This document shows positions 37,766-49,032 of a DNA stretch of 64,000 bases, piece after piece. Position 1 is the stretch's first letter. Every line of letters begins with the position of its first letter. Below the pieces are notes generated by a model. That model saw only the letters and a program-made list of their open reading frames with translations. It did not search any database and was not told the DNA's origin. The stretch comes from Antedon mediterranea (Eukaryota; Animalia; Echinodermata), in contig NC_092679.1 in assembly GCF_964355755.1 (NCBI RefSeq), positions 6,230,201 through 6,294,200 on the forward strand, written 5' to 3'. The position numbers and the translations under genes were made by a program.

Positions 37766-40700
37766 ATGGCTCAAGAAGGCATCATTAAAAAGGAATTGGG
37801 AAAGTCAAATCAAAACGAATGCGTTGAGAAAATCATGGCAGAAGGTGAAAATAAAGATTCCATTGTAGCATTGAAAGACAGGCTTAAGGTAGGCTAACAG
37901 ACTTAAGGTAGGCTAACAGACTTAAGGTAGGCTAACAGACTTAAGGTAGTTTAAGGTAGGCTAACATACTTAACGGTAGCTTACTTAAGGTAGGCTAACA
38001 TACTTAAGGCTGGTTTCCTGTCGACGTAAGAAGTCGAATTTTGCAACGATTCTTGCGTTTCATACGTTTCTTACGTCTCTTACGAAAGTTGAGAAAAAAT
38101 TGACGTCGTTGACGTTAGTCAAGATCGTGTCGGGCCGCAGAGAAACATCTGTAGTTATGCTGCTCCCGAAAGTTGAAATTTTGGCTGTGAAACACACGTC
38201 GTATGCTTACGTCGATTTTAGTGTTGTTACGAAAGTTGAAATTTTTTTCTTACGTCGGTCGGATTTATGACGTATTTGAAACAACATCTCTGATTGGTGT
38301 TTCTTTTTAGAGCGGGTTTTATCATTTTTCGCGCAAAATGTTGAATGTTGTTATTGTAGCCTACCTGTCAGTGCAGCACACCAACATGTTATTTTCAGTA
38401 GATAAGCTAGGTCCTAGTATTAGTAAAATACTTAATTAATACTGTATGGTACCGTACTAATAGGAATTGATTTGACCAAATAATCAAACTAGCCTAGGCT
38501 AGTAGGCCTATGTATTATTTGTATGAATCAAAATATGAATTAATTATCCTGGCCCTCTAGGCCTAGCCTTAAATAGTTTTCAAAATTAAAAAAAGGCAAA
38601 TCATTTCGAGATTCCTATTATTATTAGACCTACCTAGGCCCTAGACTAGGCATTGGCCTATTGGCCTATAAGCATATATAATCGAGCATGAGATAGTACT
38701 ACCGCAGTAAGATACCCATTATTTACAGGCCTAATCTATATATAAATTTACGTAAGGGCAAAATTCGGTAAATCGCGCTTTACTTCTAGAATTTTTACTC
38801 GATGGTATATAAAGTTGGTTCGTACTTTCGGTACTGATTTTAACCACCTGATGTAACCCTGTTTACTAATTAAATTAAGTTAGATAATTAGTTATTGACG
38901 ATTAAAACGAATTTAGGTTCAACGATTTGCCCCAAATAGGGGTGTTTTCCGATCGTGGTATACACTGTCTAATAATGGATGTCCATCTTGAAAAATACCC
39001 GCCACAAAAATGCGAGGAGGCTTCGCATTTTCCTATCTCCTCCTACGATAATTGTTTTTAATAGCTGAAAACCGGTTGAACAGCTAGAGTACAGCATCAT
39101 AATGTTGAAGACAGGCCGATTTTCTTTCTTTCTCTAAAAAATACTATTTTGATTTAATATACGATTATACAAATGTATTGATTTGCGATGAATGGAACAT
39201 CCCAATCTCTCAGTCTGCCAGAGTTTGGTTTAACACAAGTAGGTAAATTTATGAGCCCTTGGTTTAACACATACGGTAGGTAAATATATGGGCCCTTTGA
39301 GAATAAACTTGAACAATACTGTAAATACCTATTATAATTACCTATTTTTGGTCCTCATTTGAATCGAACATTTCTTACTGTGAATGTTCGTACTGTTAGA
39401 TGTAATATAAAAATATATACAAATAAACTTATTACTGAGATTGTGGATAGGCTCTACTGTTAGATATATAAACACATTATTATATACAAATAAACTATAC
39501 TGACATTTCCTTCTCAACGTTTGTATTAATTAATAATTACCAAAAATATAAACGTCGTAGTGGTGTATCGTGACTATATTTCAATCGATTATGACAATGA
39601 CAGTTTTAACAAAGTATTAAATCGCAAATGTTTTACTGTATTTAGAGGTATATTATTTATAGGCCTATAAAACATGAAAAAAATATTTCGTTACTGAGTG
39701 CATAAAGAATATATTTAAAAATTGTTACATCTAATGTTACATCTCCCTGGTTACATACAAAACACAAATTGGGTTTCTTTAAATGAGTCCAAATCAAAAA
39801 TTTGGACTCATTTTGTGATAAGTTTTTCCTTCGGAAGTAATTCCCAGGGTGCTAATTTTAGTTGACTACATAAATCATAGTCCTGCGGTACGTACATTTG
39901 AAATCGCCAGTTTTGCTACTCTGAAATTACTATGTATTCGAGAACCATCTAGTAAGAATAAATTTAACAAAACAATATAAATTATACAAAATCAAGCAAA
40001 CAATTTTTTGTTAAAGTTACATATTAATATTATATTGCTTACAGGGGCTTTCTATATCTTATCTTGTTGCAAATGTTCATTTTCGCGACGTTTCTACCGA
40101 TGCTGATTGTTTATTGCACGTCCATAAATAAGAGTATTATATTTTGATATGAGTTGTAAACTCCCTGATTAGAACATGATTAGGCTAAAATTATAGTAGT
40201 AAATACATACAAATGTTATTGTCCGGCTTTATTTCACTATAAGGACATACACATTACGTCATAACTCTTGTCGCTCATTGGTTGCTTGTTACGATTGCGC
40301 TTACGTCTCTTGCGAAAGTTGACTTCAAGTCAACTTTCGTAAGAGACGTAAGAAACGTGACGCAAGGGCTTTCATTCAAGCGTAAGATAAAAAATCCCGG
40401 TTTCCTGTAAAATCGGAAGAAAACGTCGTAACGCAACAATTGTTAGGTCATCGGTTTCCTGTAAAATCGTTTGTCGTTACCATTTTTCTTACGTTGCGTC
40501 GATTTTATAAATTTTCGATCGTAATCGGTTTCCTGTAAAATCCGCATTTCTTACGACAAATCGACGTAGTCGCAACAAAAGTGATGTTCTTACGTCGACA
40601 GGAAACCAGCCTTTAACGGTAGCTTACTTAAGGTAGGCTAACAGGCTTAAAGGTAGGCCAGCAGGCTTAAGGTAGGCTAACAGGCTTAACATAATGCAGG

Positions 40701-41088
40701 ATCATTCATACATAGCTACATACCGTTGTCGATTAAAATACTATTCAACTATGACAATTAATAGGTATTTCACTGACAGTCTGGTTGTGTGTCTGCCTCA
40801 TCTAATTCACACATAACTTGGGCCTATCATAAATGTAATTGAAAATATCTACAAGAATATTTACAAAATGATTCCGGGAACATTATTTAAATATTAATAA
40901 AATATATTTCTTTTCAGATGTTGAATATGATGTTTAATGATTGCCGGGAGATTTATACAAAACGAGAAAAGCGCCGACAGAGTCTAGAGTACGAGAAGAA
41001 GATCCATTGGTATTGTGACCTAGTGACACAAATATCCATAGGTTTTATTTTCGTTTGCTGGATTATACAGGCAGTGTTGTCATGGTGA
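37766..41088 (+). CDS. Unrecognised 97-aa coiled-coil, tail-anchored membrane protein (orphan gene 1)
   Basis: Kozak ACAATGG. Exon 37766-37888 (MAQEGIIKKELGKSNQNECVEKIMAEGENKDSIVALKDRLK|gtaggc) plus exon 40918-41088 (ttttcag|MLNMMFNDCREIYTKREKRRQSLEYEKKIHWYCDLVTQISIGFIFVCWIIQAVLSW*). Both junctions are phase 0. AATAAA at 41102. Confidence 0.65.
38007..40612. mobile_element. 2.6-kb non-autonomous PIF/Harbinger-like DNA transposon
   Basis: 26-bp perfect TIR AGGCTGGTTTCCTGTCGACGTAAGAA and TTA TSD (38004-38006, 40613-40615). Subterminal TTACGTC and GGTTTCCTGTAAAATC repeats; no internal ORF of 60 aa or more. Confidence 0.9.
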
Positions 41089-41524
41089 CATAATACAAAT
41101 GAATAAATGATGCTTTGATTGACATATTGAAAATGAAAATTGTTTTAAATTATGAGTCGCGCCGCCTAAATTTATGTTACGACTCTTCTGACGATATCAA
41201 TTAAGCAAAATATTCATGCATTCAGCTGGACTGGAATATGAACAATAAAATGCACAGAATCATATTAAATACTTGATAGATTTCACTTTATGTGTACCCG
41301 CCGTGGAAGTAATAAAATAACGAATTTGGTTTCGACAACATATTGTCATCAATATATTCGACCTCCTTAACGATCACCTTATGCTAATAAACCTCCCACA
41401 GGCAGGGCCTAAACTAGAATCAAATATCACATATTTCTGGCTTAACAACCGCTCACATAAGCGTGTAATGTTCGTAAGTTTTCTGCTTAGCTGAACGCCT
41501 GTGCGACCGTGAATTTCCTACATA

Positions 41525-42653
41525 ATGTCTTGGCATAGACTTGACCTAGGCTCACCGGACTTTGTACATGATATTCTAAAGGTAAAATTCGATATTACAT
41601 TGTATGTAATTAAAGGTTTAGATTAAAGCACGATTCAAGTTTAGTTGATAAAACATTGGTTGATATTTTTAGATCACATCCAGTCTTAAAAATCTGTGTC
41701 TAGTGTCTGTCTCGTTGTTGCCTTGAAGTTGCATCTATCTAGTAGAGTTTTTAGTCCGATGGATATTAAAAGCAATGTGTTACAAAATCTAATTTTAATA
41801 TTTATTTATAACGGCGAGTTATCATCATAGGCCAATCTTTCTTATTCTTTTCCAAACCGGAAATCATATTTTGCTCGTAAGATTTTAGCACAAACATGGT
41901 TAAAATACGTCATAACATTGACCTATTACGTCACATTGAAATCTTTGTGACGTCTCTAGAACTTGAATTGACCTTTTACTCTCCTGGCTCCTGTAAGCAT
42001 ACTTTATAATAAATTATATAGGTATTTTTATTATGGTTTGGACAGGAAATTAACAAATACATAATAGTATATCGACAAAGTGACATAAATATAGGCCAAA
42101 GTACGTTTTTAATCAATTAAGTTCTAATGTTGGCTCTAAGTTATAACACATACAAAGTCCAAGACTAACTAATGTAGTAACTAAGTAGGGGATGGGGTAA
42201 TTGATATACTAACAATTATTACGTTTTGTTTCAAATTGTTGATTTAAGTTAAAGAAGAAAGAAAAAACGAAACAAGAAATCTACGAAAGAGTAACTAATG
42301 AATCAGAATACAAAGATAAGAAACGCGAATTAGAAGAAGAAACGGACCGGTTACGACAGAAGATTCAAGATATTAAATCACTGAACTTAAAAACCGCGGC
42401 GAAACATTGGCAAGATGTGCGCACGTTTGCTGAAAGCACAACACTTGTATTATGGTTGGTAATATTAATGCTGCATGCCTGCAGGATTGTTGTTGTTGTT
42501 CTTTTTCCTGAATTGTTCTTGGAATGTGTTTTTAACGAAGGAACGTTTGAGCCGAGTCGATTTGGAACAAACTTTCACCTGTCGTGGTCGATATTGTTCG
42601 GTGAATATCCATGTTTACCAGTGTATATGGACTGCACAGCTATCGACGACTAA
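41525..42653 (+). CDS. Unrecognised ~153-aa coiled-coil + transmembrane protein (orphan gene 2, probable paralog of orphan gene 1)
   Basis: Exon 41525-41581 (MSWHRLDLGSPDFVHDILK|gtaaaa) plus exon 42249-42653 (branch CTAAC 42209, tttaag|LKKKEKTKQEIYERVTNESEYKDKKRELEEETDRLRQKIQDIK...KHWQDVRTFAESTTLVLWLVILMLHACRIVVVVLFPE...). Phase 0; AATAAA at 42812. Confidence 0.55.
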
Positions 42654-43824
42654 ACCGAAAAACAATACTGGTTATCATCTATACGTAGATTAAAACATGC
42701 ATAACACGTTTTACGCGCAGCTGTATAGAGTTTGCTATGGAAGGCCATTTTCAGTTAAACTGAATTACCTGATACAAGTGTCAACTCGTATTTCCATTTT
42801 ACATGCTTCGTAATAAAACTAAGACTTGTTTAATGGTTCGTTTGTAGAGTGAATAATTGATTTCGTTTCTGTTAAATAATAGGTTTATTTCAAAATAATT
42901 CCAACGCATAGTAACTACATTGTTACTACAAAAACGTCTGGCTAGTTTGTTTCAACATAGTATGTTGTCAGTCAATATGTAAAAATTACAGGTTAAAGAG
43001 TAGACTTCCCACAAGTCTGAAAATATTAGTTCACATTTTATACGTATGGAACGCCACATGTGGCAAAATAAATATCTTTTTACTAATTTCGGTCTAGAAC
43101 AGAGAGAATGAAATAAAGTGTTCTGTAGCATACCTTTTGTACGCCGGTCTTCCTAATCAGTATCAAAAGCAAATAAGTCTTCCCAATTGATCAAATATAT
43201 GTATTATCGCAACCACTCAGATTGTATTCTCTCCCTCCATCCAAGACCGAAGTTTTGGAGGGACGGTCATCAATGAGCAAGGTCATTCCAGATGGAATTC
43301 TCAAGCCCCGCTTCACGCTCAGAAGAGAATACTTACACTCGTCCTCGTGGGTTAGCGATTTGATCAACTTTATTCGTTTCTCCGTGAAACAAACTATAGA
43401 AATGATCCCTAAAAGTATGATCTTAGTTGGAATTGCGCTTTTGATGACTCTTATGTTACAATATATTTTACACCAAAGCAGTGTCATTATGGAACGTGAA
43501 CATACACAGCTTTGATTTCTTAACACTGTATACATTTATACATGTATATGTGCTGAAAAACAATATTACATAGTTTAATTAAAAAGTATATTTTTTATTT
43601 TAAAAATGATCAAACTAATATTAAACTAATATTAAATTCTGTACCCAGAATTTAACAAATTTAATTATTCACGGAAAATTTTTCACGCGTCCAACACACT
43701 AAATTCTGTTCTACAAACCATATTGTTTGTGTCGGATGGCGCCCTGTATCGTGTCATAAATCCCATGGTTTTACACAGCATGTTTTATACCGCTCTATCA
43801 TTTAATCGAATTCAATCGATGGTG

Positions 43825-46800
43825 TCAACTTTTCTTTTTGGCATATTCTACAAAAGTCCACATTTGCTGCTGTTTGCCAGCGATGCATTTATCTATAATA
43901 ACATCTGTATTGTGTCTTGCTAAACACAACTCATATCTTTTGTATGATATAACATGATTTGTCTAGAAATAAAAGAAAATTAGTAAGTGTTGTGTATAAT
44001 TATATAGGCCTACAATACAGTCGTATGCGCGCGCATTACTAAGTCAAGGTTCTGAATGCAAGTCCAAAGCGTTATAATGTTCATTTTTGTCTACATAATA
44101 TTTTACATATATACATATTTCATAGGATATACTAGACTTGCCCCAAGTCTGTATTTATTGTCTTTTTTATGTTATTATTAGTCCATCAGTCGACGTTTTG
44201 ATTTTTGTCTGAAAATACAGGAGTTTACAAGCTCAAGTGGTATATGTATGAAACGCCATATGTGCCAAAATATTTATCGTTTTACAAATATTAAGTCAAA
44301 ACTTCCTCTGGAACCAAGACTAGGGATATACACATACCTGGTCAATATCCCAATCACGAATGACGTCATCACTTTCACACGAGCAAAGTTTTATAAATAC
44401 TCTAGTTGCACATAAACAGTCCCCGTTCACACGTATGTCTCCTTTGGTAGAAAGATGGAACAACTGTGAAATGTTAAAGAACTGTTGAAATACCAGAGCA
44501 TTGTTTAACGTCATGAGGAGATTTCCCGAATGATCGAAATCAAAACGGTACTGAGTTTGGTCTACTAGCGTTCCTGCTCCCAAAAGTTATCCATTCGGAA
44601 ATGTACAAGATCATTACATCCAACTATTCATGGCTATTACTTGCTCCTGGCAAGATGAAATGTAAAGTTATCTTAAGAATATTTGCCGAATAAATATTAT
44701 TATTATTATTATTAACTATTTACACTAATATAAATCAAACATCGTATACTCTATCTCTTAACAAAACATTTCAATCTTCTATCAACTAAAACCAAAGTAT
44801 AGTCATGTCCCGGGACCACACTCTATTAGTCACCACCAGGTAGGCTTACTTCACTAGTGCTTCTATGAATGGATGACGAGTTGAGAACGGTAGTAGACCA
44901 AATCCAGTACCGTTTTGATTTCGATCATTCGGGAAATCTCCTCATAACTATGAGTAAAAAAACATAGAAGGACAGCATCTGATATGAACTTACTTGATTG
45001 CCTCCTTGCCCGTGGCATTTGTACAAGCCCACTCGCCCACCAGTTGTACCAGGTTGAATTCCTCTCGTGTCCATACATTTATGATTTGTATCAAAGGTTC
45101 GAATCTAGCAGACAAACACAATCATTCATCTTACAATCATAATATTAACCAGGGCGTTGGTGAAATATTATATCAATAAGCAAACCCACTCAATAAAGAC
45201 TTACCAATACTACTGTAATAGCTAGAACAGTACAAGAACATTAGAGTTTATGATGAGAAATGTGCATTAACTTACCTCTCCGCTTTGCAGAAGTAGAGGT
45301 GGCAACGGGAAGTGCTTTACGAGATCATTCGCAATGTTTTCTAAAAACCATCTAAACGATTTGCACTTATGCGAAGCGCGAAACTGTATTGGTTTGGTTA
45401 AATCTCCAAGTTTTATACTCGGACTGTACAGATACGATTTTCTTGAATAAAAGTACTGTTTGTAATCATCCATCCATACCTCAGCTACTCTTGCAAAATT
45501 CTAAACAAAAACAGGTGATAGTTCGTAATAAAAACATACACTGTCCACAAGCAACGTACCAGGCGCTCAAAACCATATACAGAATTTACAAACCTTAATA
45601 ATGAAATGAAACCTACCTTATCTTGTATAAATTGAAGTGTACCTTTTGGAAAGCTGTACGGAGGGCGTCCATCGAAGCGATACGCATGCGCAACTCTTGA
45701 ACATGGGACCCATACCAATGAACCACCACACATCCATACCTGGATCAATAAAATATACAAATGTAAAATATACAAGTTATGGTTGATATTTTCTATTCTA
45801 AAGCTCTGTCTACACTATCAAACTAATTGACAAAAAAAGTGTATTGTTCCCAAATATGGTAGTGATGTGCCCAAATATGGTAGTGATACGTCATCATGTC
45901 CATATATGGGCACATCACATTTTTGTCACATAAAGTTTGATAGTGTAGACAGAGCTGAAGTTTCCTTCTCCACCTTAAAATTCGAGCTGGTTGTAACCGA
46001 TATTTCATACCAACGACAAACCTGTTGCAAAGTCAACGTTTGGAAACCTGAATGTTATCTTTCCATATTCGATTTATTTTTACTTGACCAGGCAGACCAT
46101 GTCACAAACACTTAATATAGTATACCTTAAATGATAGTTCGTAATTCTCTCCACCCCACATTTCCAAGCCATCATCGAAGGCACCAAGTTCAAAAAAGTA
46201 TTTCTTATCGATGGCAAACACACCGCCAGCAAGCACCGGTGACCTAGGCGTTCAGAGAAATAAAACACGATTAATAATTAATTCAGTTATTTCTCAATAA
46301 CTTAGCTTAGTTATCAATCTGAAACGGTAATGTTCTGGTGCGATCTGTATTCAAAATTTTACGATTAGGCAAACCAGTTTTAAACAAAATCATAGAATAG
46401 TAGTTCGAAATAATTATATATGGTGGGCCATTTCAACAATAAACCAATCAGCCTTACGTAGGCCTACCTGTATGGTTCTGTGGCATAACGTCTAGAAACC
46501 ATGTCACGCATTGGTAGCCCACCAACTCGTTTATAGTCCAAAGTCCAGTCGAACATTCCTCTTGCCAGCGCTCCTTGAGATTGTGGGTAAATCGTAAAAT
46601 TGAGGCTGTCAATAATGTCAAGTATTGGTACGGCGACTGTGGTCCTTTGGATTAAAACATTACATAGAGTAAACTTAATCCCAGTCTTGGAAGTAGGACA
46701 GTAAACGGTTGTTCAAAAATAAGTTTTGCTGAAATATGACGTTTTAGGACCAAAATGTACAAACCTGTTTGTCTTAATGATAGTCATAAGCGGCGGAAGC

Positions 46801-49032
46801 CAGTTCAGTCCAACCTCGCAATGAGAATCAAGGAAGATTATCGTCTGCCCAGTTGCCATCTGAGCGCCTAGAACGCGGGAAGCGATGATTCCTCTACGTT
46901 TGGTGTTTCTCAATAGTTTAACCAGACGATGGTACTGTGGTTTAGTAATTTCAGTAAATAACGAGGAATGCAAGTGCTCTGTAACAAAGTAGGCCTATAT
47001 TATTTACAAAATTAATTTGAAACCATTTACCATGATGATGTTAAATTATGAGCTTCTTCAGTCCATCTGGAATTAAATTTGCCTAAAGTCGAAGCATCGA
47101 GTTGACATTGCTTCAGGATGCGGAAACAAATAAAACGTCACAAAACAGGTTTGGAGTTAATTAAAATTACATTACAGCTTATTAAAAATCAAGTAGCTTA
47201 CCCATTGTACTCGCATCGTCGATAAGAATTATTTCCCGGAGAAAGGCTGGAGGAGTGCGGTTGATGACACTGTGGATTGTCCGTAATAACGTCGACCAGC
47301 CTTCATTGTGAAATGCAATGATAACGCTTGCGTTGGGCAACTGAGACGGGTAGTGCCAATGTTTACACCTGCAATTTGGTAAATATAATATACCATAATG
47401 CGAAATTCTATGATAATGATGTGGAAGAAAGAGAAACAGATGAAGTCGACGATAAGATAACGACGACGATAACGATGACGATAACGATGACAATAACGAT
47501 GACGATAACGATGACGATAAAGATGACGATAAAAATAGAATAGAAGAGAAAAGGAATAAAAGTACACACTCACTCATGTTTTCGTAAATCCGGGATCGTT
47601 CTATTATAACTAATTTTATCACTACTGAATTGGTTGATACTGTACATCATCACACTCTTTTCGATTTCATTCTTTTCCCATGGTTCATGTTTTACTGCTC
47701 GTCCATTTTCCCCTTGTCCTTGCGTAGTATGTCCGTATTGACTGGGTTCGTAATTACCCCACATCGGTCGGATCACTGCTCCGCCTAACACATGATACTC
47801 AGTGTCGCTGATCCATTGCAGTAGCCATACAGCCATTCCAAGGTATGTATTGTAGTCCTTCAAAATGCAATGGATAATACGAGAAAATTAACGATGTCCC
47901 AAACGGCGCCCCGTAGTTACATTATTTTTTTTGTTTAGTTTTTTAAAGCATGAGTGGAGGCTATAAGAATGCTTATCATGAAAAATAATATTCACAGGAG
48001 TTTTAATATGCATTTGAATAGTCTTTATAACTTATAAAGCTATAGGCTTTAAGCTTGGTTTTCATTGAGCAAGTAAGTAAGTGAGTTGAGCAATCAGAAT
48101 TCCGATATTAAATCCATCGCGTCATGACTGGTCAAATTAAAATAAAGGTATTAACGAGTTTCTTTTCATCACAAAAGAAGTCATTTGAAATCGAAATGCT
48201 ATTAAAATATGATAAAGCAACATGCATTTGATGACGTAAAACTTCCAAGGGAACAGAACCTTCGTCAAATCCCAGCTGCTATTTATTTTAAAATATTATT
48301 ATGTAGAACTGTATTTCCCTTGAGAATTTTTCTGTGCAGTAAATTAATGTTGTATATGTTGCGATGGGAACTAAGAATGTTATAGGCCTACAGTACACCG
48401 TATTGTAATACAGCAGAACGGCCTGTTGATGTTGAAAAAATAATAATTAAAGGGGAATTCTATAATATATGTTTAATATAACAATGTATAAATACTGTAT
48501 AATAGTTTGTAATAACCGAATTGATGATATTCCTAAAACTTTCTCGATGACTAGTTACCAGAATTATCAATTTGAAATAGCACCCGTTTCCTTCAATAGG
48601 CCTATATTTATATACAACTTTAAACTATTAATACTTGGATAAACAATGTACAAAAATAGTTATGACGTACACGCAACGCCACGTAATTTGACCAATCACA
48701 ATCGATAAATGATTCGGCCTGTCGATTGTGATTGGTCAATAAATACTTTTGATGCGCGTACGTTTTTGCGCTGCGTCCTGGTTTGAACCATTTAGAAATT
48801 TACTATACTGTTTCCGAACCTGTTGCAGTTCAAAAACCATTAAATACGTAGGTTGGTTCATACTCACAGATATGGTGTATAATCTATTGTTTTACGTAGG
48901 CCTACATACCTGTTGATACGCGTGTCGAACCTTCACCCTCCGTGGGATGGACCGGTTAAGTATCGTAAAAACTACGAAGATGGTAACAAAGCAGAAAGCC
49001 GTTCGTCCGCGTCGTAGAAATCGAAACCTCAT
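43825..49032 (-). CDS. Polypeptide N-acetylgalactosaminyltransferase, GALNT7-like, copy A (divergent, 11 coding exons)
   Basis: Exons 49032-48910, 47857-47574, 47368-47202, 46978-46765, 46644-46468, 46243-46126, 45739-45617, 45500-45276, 45104-44994, 44463-44338, 43962-43825. Type [19 protein letters not shown] (DxH), [18 protein letters not shown] and a ricin-B lectin (CMDTRG...CHGQGGNQ). Confidence 0.93.
44513..44945. mobile_element. MITE with ~60-bp TIRs in a GALNT copy A intron
   Basis: ATGAGGAGATTTCCCGAATGATCGAAATCAAAACGGTACTG...TTTGGTCTACTA is mirrored at 44885-44945. Confidence 0.85.

Noticed and set aside
46126-46268. Apparent frameshift or pseudogenisation in GALNT copy A exon 6
   Set aside because: The ORF track shows another frame. 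The A6 run gives YFFELG in frame and the exon is 118 nt, as in copy B.
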